A stretch of 47,628 nucleotides of DNA from a virus, in IMG/VR virus record IMGVR_UViG_3300029258_001468, one strand, 5' to 3'. The notes beneath the pieces were generated by a model. That model saw only the letters and a list, made by a program, of their open reading frames with translations, was not told the DNA's origin and searched no databases. A program made the translations under genes and the position numbers. Positions within the stretch are counted from its first letter, which is position 1. Each line of letters opens with the position of its first letter. Positions 35,282 to 42,802 of the stretch are shown piece after piece.

Positions 35282-36067
35282 TTATTGCCTGTCAACGGTT
35301 ATCACTTCGAGAAGGTCTTCGTCGGCTGCGTGCGCGAACCCGATGACCTTGTTCATCCGCTCTTTTCCTTTTTCGTACAGGACGCCGGAGAGGTAGCTGG
35401 TCAGCGCGTAGGCGTGAAACACGCTACCGTCGAGGACGTCGGCCAGTTTGTCGTGTAGGTTCTCGTCTTCCGTGATGCAGTCGGTCAGAAGCTCGATGAC
35501 TCGCTCCTGCTGCTCCGGGGTGATGGTCTTGGCTTCGCCTTCCGACAGCGCTTCTTTTTCCTCTTTAGCCTTGAGCCAGTCGGCGAACCTGTCGTCGTGC
35601 GCTTTCGCGTTCCGGAAGATGGAGTACAGGGCCTGAGGGTACACGTGCTCTGTTTCGAACTGTTTCTTGCCGAGTTGACGTCCGCGCATCTTGACACCGG
35701 TGGCGTCCTGCCAAATGCGGTAGACCCACAGGAAGTTCGTCTGTGCGCAGTCCCAAAGGTCGACGGTGTGGCTGTTGGTTTCGATGTACTCGTGGAGGAG
35801 GTCGTACGACTTCTGCTGCGCCTTCGTCAGCTTGACGCCCTTTTTCCTCTTTATAAGCTCGACGGTGTCTTCCGGGTTGTAGCAAAACGAGTGCAGCTCG
35901 CCACCCCGGAGGTACTTGAAGCCATGCGAGTTCGTCTTGTCCCATTCGGACGGGTTCGGTCCGAGGTCCCTCGCTTCGGAAACCTCGACGCGGAAGGTCA
36001 CGCCTTCGACCTTGATGGTGTCTCCAACCTTGACGTTCTTGGCCTTGATGCGTTTCGTGTTGGCCAT
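35282..36067 (-). CDS. Hypothetical protein (first gene of the leftward operon)
   Basis: 261 aa, AAAGGAG RBS. Confidence 0.7.
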   Translation of the reverse strand: MANTKRIKAKNVKVGDTIKVEGVTFRVEVSEARDLGPNPSEWDKTNSHGFKYLRGGELHSFCYNPEDTVELIKRKKGVKLTKAQQKSYDLLHEYIETNSHTVDLWDCAQTNFLWVYRIWQDATGVKMRGRQLGKKQFETEHVYPQALYSIFRNAKAHDDRFADWLKAKEEKEALSEGEAKTITPEQQERVIELLTDCITEDENLHDKLADVLDGSVFHAYALTSYLSGVLYEKGKERMNKVIGFAHAADEDLLEVITVDRQ

Positions 36068-36430
36068 TGTAGCTCCTTTCGTGGTGCCGGGTTCGGCAGC
36101 GCCTCCCGGTCGTTTGTTTGTTGGGTGTCGGGGTTCTCACCCCCATACGTAAAAAAAACACACGCCGGGCCTTCGCGCAACCCCAAGATATAGTGTTTAA
36201 CACGTTAAAGAAATACAACGGGTTGTATAAGAGCAAATAGCGTGCCAAATGAAGCGCTTAAAAAGACTGGCACGGCTCTTGCTGGTCAAACGTATAGAAA
36301 CAGAGCCTTTTTGGACGTTTTCATTTGTAAAGAAACGAATGTCGCCTGTCAAGGCAACGCGGTCGTTCTACTCTGTAAAGAAACGGAGTTTGTGTTCCGG
36401 TCGTTATCGTGGTTGAAGGGAGAGAACGTC
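36068..36430. promoter_or_regulatory. Divergent control region between the leftward and rightward operons
   Basis: Exact 12-mer TGTAAAGAAACG at 36326 and 36374. Hairpin 36229-36280 with AAGCGCTT at its apex. Palindrome GTGTTTAACAC. On the - strand, TTGACA-N17-TACAAA at 36352-36324. Confidence 0.5.
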
Positions 36431-36691
36431 ATGGCGATGATAGAGCTAGGCGACACGTTTTTGATGAAGGGCTACGAGTGGGAGGTCATCAAGGAGAACC
36501 AAAACCGGCAGGGCCGGTCGCACTGGTTCGTTGCCGAGAACTACGAAGGCAGCACCTGCATCTTCTTGAGCGACCACATGTACCACTGGGTCCGAAATGG
36601 AACAGCCGTCCTACTACCAAGAGGGAGGAAGAATGAACCAGCTAACAGCGAAACCGCTCGAAGCACCGGTGGGGATTGGCCCGAATCCTAA
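36431..36691 (+). CDS. Hypothetical protein
   Basis: ATG after GAAGGGAGAG. The upstream extension to 36242 was rejected. Confidence 0.55.
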   Translation: MAMIELGDTFLMKGYEWEVIKENQNRQGRSHWFVAENYEGSTCIFLSDHMYHWVRNGTAVLLPRGRKNEPANSETARSTGGDWPES

Positions 36692-36896
36692 GGTCCGAGT
36701 CATGGACGCGATTGACAAGGACCACGAGTTCGTGGCCGACGCCATCGAACGCCAGCTCATTGCGCTGGACGCTAGCGCGATGAAGTACCTCGAAAACAGA
36801 ATCGAAGACGCACGATACAGAGGAGCGTTGGACGACGGACCGCGTGACCGGGACTCGTACCACGCCTTCCACAGCTGTATCAGCTTTGCATGGTAA
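36633..36896 (+). CDS. Hypothetical protein
   Basis: ATG after GAGGGAGGAAG. Overlaps the previous gene in another frame. Confidence 0.55.
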   Translation: MNQLTAKPLEAPVGIGPNPKVRVMDAIDKDHEFVADAIERQLIALDASAMKYLENRIEDARYRGALDDGPRDRDSYHAFHSCISFAW

Positions 36897-36913
36897 TTGA
36901 CAAAGGAGAATAG

Positions 36914-37012
36914 ATGTCCACCGTCGTAGGAGCAGCTTTCGTACTCGTGGTAGTCGCACTGCTCGTGTTCGTAGTGCTGATAGAGTGGAAGCCTCCCCGG
37001 AGGTGGTGGTAG
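36914..37012 (+). CDS. Small hydrophobic (single-TM) peptide, 32 aa
   Basis: ATG after TTGACAAAGGAGAATAG. Sequence MSTVVGAAFVLVVVALLVFVVLIEWKPPRRWW. Below the ORF-track size cutoff. Confidence 0.4.
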   Translation: MSTVVGAAFVLVVVALLVFVVLIEWKPPRRWW

Positions 37013-37139
37013 AGGGGGCATGAAACTGAGTGTTTGTCTCAGACGTTACTTTTTCTGAAGCCACTCGGCTTCCCAACCCCCGGATAGCTGGACATATCGC
37101 ATAGCAGGAGTCCTTATTCACAACCCAAAAGGAGGAAGT

Positions 37140-37781
37140 ATGGCACCAACAACCTACAACCCCGGTGACGCAGTATCCGTTGACGGCGAAGGAGGGTACA
37201 CCGTTCTCAAGGTAATGAAGTCCTCTCTTAAAGTCGAAAAAGACGGCAACACCAGCATCAAGCCGATGGCTCTGTGCGAACTTGACGGAGGAGAAGCACC
37301 GGCAGAGAAACCGGCGTCTCGGAAGCGTTCGAGTAAAAAAGCAGCTCCCAAGGGAACCGGCGTAAAGGCGAAGCCACGCAGGAACCCGGTTGAGGACGCA
37401 GAGAATCCGCCTACCAAGTCACGCAAGCGGAAAGCTCCGGCAGAAAAACCGGCAGCAAGCAAGAAGTCGTACGAAAAGCGCGACAGCTCGAAGGACGGCG
37501 AGGTAGTTGACAAAGGAGAGTCGACTAAAGGAACCGCCTCGAAGCCGAAAGCAGCTCGTCCGACCAAGAAATCCGAAGCGGACCCGGTAGGCAAGGTGCT
37601 GTGGGACTGCGACACACCGACCAAGGTCGTGAACGCTGTCAAGGGACACAAGGCGTACAAGTTCGTCAACACCGACAGCTTCAAGAAGACCGTCGCTCAG
37701 AAAAACGACCTGCAGTTCGGTCTTTTCCGGATGCGAATGGGGAACCTGCTTCGGGGAGCTATCAACAGAGCTTCGAAGTAA
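37140..37781 (+). CDS. Lys/Pro/Ala-rich basic protein (possible DNA-binding / histone-H1-like) with globular ends
   Basis: GGAGGAAG RBS. About 110 aa of KKAAPK/KPRR/SKKS low-complexity sequence. Confidence 0.65.
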   Translation: MAPTTYNPGDAVSVDGEGGYTVLKVMKSSLKVEKDGNTSIKPMALCELDGGEAPAEKPASRKRSSKKAAPKGTGVKAKPRRNPVEDAENPPTKSRKRKAPAEKPAASKKSYEKRDSSKDGEVVDKGESTKGTASKPKAARPTKKSEADPVGKVLWDCDTPTKVVNAVKGHKAYKFVNTDSFKKTVAQKNDLQFGLFRMRMGNLLRGAINRASK

Positions 37782-37886
37782 AACAGCGGTGAGGGACGCT
37801 TGCCGTGGAGGGCCGGGACGTAACGTGATAGGTGATTCAAGCCTTAGAGTTTGCCCGGCCTTCTCTGTATTGAGAAAGGAGGACGC

Positions 37887-38288
37887 GTGGAACGAAAGGA
37901 AAGGCACCCGGAAGGCTTCAAGGGCTTGAGAGGGCTTAAGGGGCGACCCGGACCCGGAGAGGGCGACGGAGATACCTCGTCGGCGCTCCCGGAGGCTCCG
38001 AGAAGGCAACCGAACACGGCGCTGCTGCAGGAGCTGCTACGGATGCCGAAGGTGAACCCGAAGCTCATCACGCAGAACGACCGGCGTGCGAGTGTCGGGG
38101 AGGTGTTGGACGCTTTGCTCCCGTCAATCAACCGGGAGTTCACGGCGCTGTTCCGGGAGCACGTGAGGATGCAGCGTCAACAGTGGTTGCTCCGTCTGCA
38201 GGGCGTATACGTCGGTCCTGCAAGACGCGGAAGCAAGACGGTATACACGACGGCGAAGGGAAACCGTAAAAAGAGGAGGAAGACATGA
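37887..38288 (+). CDS. Hypothetical protein (start ambiguous: GTG 37887 or ATG 38043)
   Basis: GTG follows GAAAGGAGGA. If 37887 is used, the N-terminus is encoded by repeat copy C. Confidence 0.45.
   Translation: MERKERHPEGFKGLRGLKGRPGPGEGDGDTSSALPEAPRRQPNTALLQELLRMPKVNPKLITQNDRRASVGEVLDALLPSINREFTALFREHVRMQRQQWLLRLQGVYVGPARRGSKTVYTTAKGNRKKRRKT
37903..37995 (+). repeat. GC-rich structured repeat, copy C
   Basis: About 75% identical by eye to 31409-31505 (GGCAC..GGCTTC..GGGCTTAAGGGGCGACCCGGACCCGG..GGAGATACCTCGTCGGCGCT). Confidence 0.65.
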
Positions 38289-38524
38289 AGCACGTAGTTG
38301 GCATCCTCGCGATGCTGGTACTGGTGGTGTGGCTGGTGGGCTGTCCGGTCATCACGTTTTTCATGGTGTTGGAGGTCGGGAGCTTGAGCGAGGCGTTTAT
38401 CGTGACGTGGAAACATCCGGTGGCGTGGCTAGGAGTCAACGGGGTCGCGTTCATAGCTGGAGCGGTTATGGCGGTTTGGTGCCTGTCAATTGACGAACGC
38501 AGGAGGCGCTACTATGGCGGATAG
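38285..38524 (+). CDS. Membrane protein (2-3 TM helices)
   Basis: ATGA coupling, strongly hydrophobic over 79 aa. Confidence 0.6.
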   Translation: MKHVVGILAMLVLVVWLVGCPVITFFMVLEVGSLSEAFIVTWKHPVAWLGVNGVAFIAGAVMAVWCLSIDERRRRYYGG

Positions 38525-38720
38525 CAAGCAAAGCTGTGCATGCTGGCTGCTGTACCGCAACTCACACGTCGTCGGTGTGGCGATAGCGAGCGAGGAACGA
38601 GCGAGGGAGCTTCTCAAGGAAAAGAGGGACACGCTCAAGGGCGACTTCCCGGATATGTCCGACTCTACGTTCGACAACCTCAACATCTACCGCATCGTGC
38701 CGACCAAGATACTGCAGTGA
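38514..38720 (+). CDS. Hypothetical protein
   Basis: ATG after AGGAGG. Confidence 0.5.
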   Translation: MADSKQSCACWLLYRNSHVVGVAIASEERARELLKEKRDTLKGDFPDMSDSTFDNLNIYRIVPTKILQ

Positions 38721-38738
38721 TTGACAAAGGAGAAGAAC

Positions 38739-38957
38739 ATGCCACTACGTAGAGCTAAGCAGGTGCCACGGTCGAAGTGGGGGACCTTCGTCCTTCCCTT
38801 CGGCAAGTACCGGGGAGACACGCTGTACTCGGTGTACCTCAACGACCCGTCGTACCTCCGATATTTGGACACGATGGACCTGTACCCTAAGACGAGGGAA
38901 GCCGTCGACGCAGCGATAACACACCTGAACGAACACGGCGAAAACAGCATACGTTGA
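38739..38957 (+). CDS. DUF3820-like small protein
   Basis: FGKYRGDTL......PSYLRYL motif. ATG after TTGACAAAGGAGAAG. Confidence 0.5.
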   Translation: MPLRRAKQVPRSKWGTFVLPFGKYRGDTLYSVYLNDPSYLRYLDTMDLYPKTREAVDAAITHLNEHGENSIR

Positions 38958-39131
38958 CGCCTGTAAATCTCACCTGTCAATGAGGCCCGGTGCTCCAAAG
39001 GCGTCGGGCTTCCTCTATATAGAACAAACACGAGAACACGACGTTTGCAGAAATAAAGACGTAAATAAGTCCGCGTCGCGCGCGCGGTTTCCTTTTAGAA
39101 GTTTGAATCCCGAACATCCAAATAAACAGCT

Positions 39132-39710
39132 ATGGCAGGACGGCAAAAAAGGCGTGCCCGGCTGGAAGCAGAAAAGCGACTAGCTGAGGCGCAAAAGCGG
39201 ATTGCCGACCGAAATGCTACCGACCGAGAAGGTAGCCAGCCGACCAAGAAAGACAAGGCGATAGAGGTCGAAGTTGAGAGAATCCGTGAAGCCATCAACC
39301 AACCACACGGCGATATCACCGCAATCTGGCGCTCCGAATTTGTGGCTGTCAAGAACCCGGAGAAGCTACCGGACGAGGTGTACGTCGCTGCTGCGCTCCG
39401 CTCTTTTGGCAACGTTTCTATCATGGCACGTCTTCTCGGCTGCTACCACAAGCACATTTACAACCGCATCAACACCAGCGCTGCTCTCGCCGAGGTCATG
39501 GCCGAAGCACGCAACATGTTCATCGACCTCGCAGAAGCTCGTCTTATCGAGTCGGTGGCGAACTCCGACGATTGGGCCGTCAAGTTTACACTTGAGACCC
39601 TCGGCAAGGGACGAGGCTACACGAAAGAACACATACCGGAAGACCACAAAGGCTCTATCCTCTCCGCTATCAACCGGATGCTTGACGGCGAAACGCTCGG
39701 CGGAGCGTGA
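39132..39710 (+). CDS. Terminase small subunit candidate
   Basis: Basic coiled-coil N-terminus and an HTH-like GNVSIMARLLGCYHKHIYNRI. Lies directly upstream of the large terminase gene. Confidence 0.6.
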   Translation: MAGRQKRRARLEAEKRLAEAQKRIADRNATDREGSQPTKKDKAIEVEVERIREAINQPHGDITAIWRSEFVAVKNPEKLPDEVYVAAALRSFGNVSIMARLLGCYHKHIYNRINTSAALAEVMAEARNMFIDLAEARLIESVANSDDWAVKFTLETLGKGRGYTKEHIPEDHKGSILSAINRMLDGETLGGA

Positions 39711-39714
39711 CCGA

Positions 39715-40926
39715 ATGAAACTCCACGAGAAACAGATATGGTCGATAAGACAGGCGCGGAAGCGTCTTAACTTTTGGGAAGGAGCGGTCCGCTCCGGGAA
39801 AACGCACGCGTCTATCTTCCGTTGGATAACGTACGTCGCCGATGCTCCTCCCGGCGAGCTGCTCATGGCCGGGAAGACGACACGCTCCCTCTACCGAAAC
39901 GTCATCAAGCCGATGGGCGACCTGCTTGGTCGCGACATGAAGTACTACCCCGGTAAAGGCGAACTGGAGCTGTGGGGTCGGACCATCTTCCTCATCGGTG
40001 CAAACGACGAACGTGCAGAAGGCGTCATCCGTGGAATGACCTGCGCTGGTGCCTACCTCGACGAGATAACACTCCTGCCCGAATCCTTCTTTACAATGCT
40101 CCTGTCAAGGATGAGTGTCACCGGGGCGAAGCTCTTCGGCTCAACAAACCCGGACGCTCCGCGCCACTGGTTCAAGGTCAAGTACCTTGACAGGCGCAAT
40201 GAACTCGACATCGCCGTGTTCCGGTTCATGATAGAGGACAACCCGTCACTCGACCCGATGTACGTTTCCGCGTTGAAGATGGAGTACGTCGGTCTGTGGT
40301 ACAAACGGTACATCCTCTCTCAGTGGGTCATGGCAGAGGGAGCCATCTACGACTTCTTCGACGAGGAAGAACACTGTGTACACCGCTTCCCAAAGGCGAA
40401 GTTCCGTGTCGCTGGTGTTGACTATGGGACGAGCAACCCGACCGCATTCGGGCTTTACGGGGTGGACTTTACAAGGAAGACGAAGATTTGGAAGGAAAAG
40501 GAGTACTACTACGACCCGACGATGTCCGGGAGACAAAAGACCGACCTTGAGTTCGCACTCGACCTCCGGGACTTTGTAAAAGGAAAAAACGTCCGGCACA
40601 TCTTCGTCGACCCGTCCGCTGCGAGCTTCAAGCTCCAGTGCAAGAGGAAGGGCGTACTCGGCATCAAGGACGCAGACAACGACGTCATCGACGGAATACG
40701 CACGACGTCCAGCATGTTGAAGAACGGCTCGTACAAGATCGGTGACAACTGCAAGAAGAACATAGAGCAGAAGGGTGGCTACGTTTGGGACCCGAAGCAG
40801 CAGAAATACGGAATCGATGCGCCTGTCAAGGTGGAAGACCACACTCAAGACGAGGAACGCTACGTGCTGCATTCGATGTTCGGGACTCGGAAGTACGACC
40901 TTCTTGACAAAATGAACACGAGGTGA
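39715..40926 (+). CDS. Terminase large subunit
   Basis: Walker A GAVRSGKT, Walker B GAYLDE, and C-terminal nuclease acidic residues. The 5' ORF extension to 39274 was rejected. Confidence 0.9.
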   Translation: MKLHEKQIWSIRQARKRLNFWEGAVRSGKTHASIFRWITYVADAPPGELLMAGKTTRSLYRNVIKPMGDLLGRDMKYYPGKGELELWGRTIFLIGANDERAEGVIRGMTCAGAYLDEITLLPESFFTMLLSRMSVTGAKLFGSTNPDAPRHWFKVKYLDRRNELDIAVFRFMIEDNPSLDPMYVSALKMEYVGLWYKRYILSQWVMAEGAIYDFFDEEEHCVHRFPKAKFRVAGVDYGTSNPTAFGLYGVDFTRKTKIWKEKEYYYDPTMSGRQKTDLEFALDLRDFVKGKNVRHIFVDPSAASFKLQCKRKGVLGIKDADNDVIDGIRTTSSMLKNGSYKIGDNCKKNIEQKGGYVWDPKQQKYGIDAPVKVEDHTQDEERYVLHSMFGTRKYDLLDKMNTR

Positions 40927-40933
40927 TTGACAG

Positions 40934-42280
40934 ATGATAAACCACGTACCGACCAACTCGATGCAACTCGTCCGGTTTGACGGGTGGGAAAACCTCTTCA
41001 CCGGGCTAGGAGTAGAGAACCGGGACCCGACCGTCAGCACGCGCTACAAGAAGAGCGCTCGTCTTTCCGAATCCGAATACCGGAATCTTTACGAGGGAGA
41101 CGGCTTCGCCCGGAGGATAGTAGACCTCCCGGTAAGCGACATGACAAGAGAGGGCTTCGAGGTTGTAGGCGACGAGGAAGGCGAGATACTCGACGAGTTG
41201 AAACGGATATGCGCCGTGGAGAAGCTGTCCCGGATGCTGAAATGGGGGAGCGTCTTCGGTGGTGCTGTCGGTGTTGTGGGCCTCATGGACGGACAGGACC
41301 TCGATAAGCCTCTCAACGAGAACCGCCTCAAGAGCGTCGAGTTCATCCACGTGTTTGACCGGTTCCGGATACACTGGTCCAACGACGACCTGTACAAGGA
41401 CCCGAACGAAAAGAACTTCGGACAAATCGAGTACTACCATGTCACACCGAGGAACGGCACGATGTTCACGGTGCACGCGTCGAGGGTCCTTTCAACGGAC
41501 GGCGTCGAGATTACCGATTTCACCCGTCAAGAAAACCAAGGTTGGGGCGACTCGGTGTACAAGTCGCTTTACGACTACATTCGCCGGTTGACAAACGTCT
41601 ACGGCTCCGCTGAACACATCGTCGGCTCGTTCGTCGAAACGATGCTACAGATAGAAGGGCTGGCCGACCTCATCGCTGCAGGGAAAGAGGACGTGGTCAA
41701 GAACCGGCTGCAGATACTCGACCTCGGTCGCCACGTCATGAACACGGTGCTGATTGACAGCCAAGAAACCTACGAGAAAAAGACCGCTAACGTCACCGGG
41801 ATTGATAAACTGATAGACCGCTTCCAAATGGCGATGTCCTCCGTGACGGGCATCCCGGTCACCGTCCTTTTCGGACGGAGTGCAGCCGGGGAGAACTCCA
41901 CCGGGGAAGCCGACTTCCGCATGTGGTATGACAAGGTAGCGGACAAACAGCGTATGGAGCTGTCGCCTCTTCTCGAACCGCTCATCCGGTGGGTGCAAAT
42001 AGCGAAGCAGGGTCCGTTCCGGGGAACCGAAATTGACGGGTGGGAAATCAAGTACCATCCTCTGTGGCAACCGACCGAGAAGCAGGTAGCGGAACAACGG
42101 AAATTGACAGCTGAGAGTGACGAGATATACATCAACCAAGGCGTTCTCGCTGCGGACGAAGTCCGGGAGTCCCGGTTTGGTGGCGACGAATACAGCATGG
42201 AAACGGGCATTGAGGGAGACATCGCTCCGCTAGAGGAAGAGGACCCGGACGAAGAAGACGACTTCGGGGTTGAAGAATGA
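40934..42280 (+). CDS. Portal protein (DUF1073-like)
   Basis: 448 aa, immediately after the large terminase gene, with an acidic C-terminus. Confidence 0.85.
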   Translation: MINHVPTNSMQLVRFDGWENLFTGLGVENRDPTVSTRYKKSARLSESEYRNLYEGDGFARRIVDLPVSDMTREGFEVVGDEEGEILDELKRICAVEKLSRMLKWGSVFGGAVGVVGLMDGQDLDKPLNENRLKSVEFIHVFDRFRIHWSNDDLYKDPNEKNFGQIEYYHVTPRNGTMFTVHASRVLSTDGVEITDFTRQENQGWGDSVYKSLYDYIRRLTNVYGSAEHIVGSFVETMLQIEGLADLIAAGKEDVVKNRLQILDLGRHVMNTVLIDSQETYEKKTANVTGIDKLIDRFQMAMSSVTGIPVTVLFGRSAAGENSTGEADFRMWYDKVADKQRMELSPLLEPLIRWVQIAKQGPFRGTEIDGWEIKYHPLWQPTEKQVAEQRKLTAESDEIYINQGVLAADEVRESRFGGDEYSMETGIEGDIAPLEEEDPDEEDDFGVEE

Positions 42281-42402
42281 GCACGCAGGAAGTCCGACAC
42301 GAAGCTGAGGCCGAACAGACACCGGCCATTGACAGAGGAGAAAAGGAAGTGACAGATAAAAACGCGTACCGGGAGGACGACCATGTCGAAATCAGTGATT
42401 GA
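42277..42402 (+). CDS. Possible small acidic ORF (41 aa)
   Basis: ATGA-coupled to the portal stop and fills the only gap here. No other support. Confidence 0.3.
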   Translation: MSTQEVRHEAEAEQTPAIDRGEKEVTDKNAYREDDHVEISD

Positions 42403-42598
42403 ACACGGTGCTGACTGGTACAACAACGACGAACAGGTCGAGTGTCCTGAGTGCAGGAACGACGACTATGACAAACTACAGGTGGAGTTGGTGCACGGCT
42501 CGAAGCAGATAACACCGAACACGGTCCTCGAAGGACCCGGTGCGCTTGTCAAGTGCCTGAGCTGCCTGTGTACGTTTTTTCTTGAAAGGGACGACTGA
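42383..42598 (+). CDS. Small zinc-ribbon protein (paralogue 1)
   Basis: CPECR...C.SC.C. Confidence 0.6.
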   Translation: MSKSVIEHGADWYNNDEQVECPECRNDDYDKLQVELVHGSKQITPNTVLEGPGALVKCLSCLCTFFLERDD

Positions 42599-42801
42599 TG
42601 AGTACTGAGGTCATCAAAAGCGGAAGCAGCGAAGCAACCAGCATCGGAGCGAAGGTGTGTCCGGAGTGCCGGAGTTCGAACGTCTTGACAAAGGTACTCG
42701 CATCCGACGAGGACTACTTCGTCGAGGAAGAAGCAATCGGGCCGGGTGTCGGTGGACACTGTCAGGACTGCGGTTGCGTCTACGTTGTAAGGGAGGACTA
42801 G
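42598..42801 (+). CDS. Small zinc-ribbon protein (paralogue 2)
   Basis: CPECR...CQDCGC. TGATG coupling. Confidence 0.6.
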   Translation: MSTEVIKSGSSEATSIGAKVCPECRSSNVLTKVLASDEDYFVEEEAIGPGVGGHCQDCGCVYVVRED

Positions 42802-42802
42802 T

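Noticed and set aside
33947-36193. + strand ORFs 33947..34717, 34528..35271 and 35597..36193 (198-256 aa)
   Set aside because: They are antisense to - strand genes that have RBSs, stop/start coupling and recognisable domains.
36242-36430. Upstream extension of ORF 36242..36691 through the control region
   Set aside because: It covers repeats and palindromes of the divergent promoter region. A strong RBS and ATG are present at 36431.
32094-39131. Lysogeny module (integrase, CI/Cro-type repressor, excisionase) in the early regions
   Set aside because: I recognised no tyrosine- or serine-recombinase motifs and no CI-like HTH/peptidase protein. The - strand block encodes a sigma factor and proteins of unknown function instead.
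39274-39714. 147-codon upstream extension of the large terminase ORF
   Set aside because: It overlaps the small-terminase gene in another frame and the extension is Arg/Ser/Thr-rich nonsense. The conserved terminase N-terminus begins at ATG 39715.
40246-41040. 264-aa - strand ORF spanning the terminase/portal junction
   Set aside because: It is a shadow ORF opposite two high-confidence genes.
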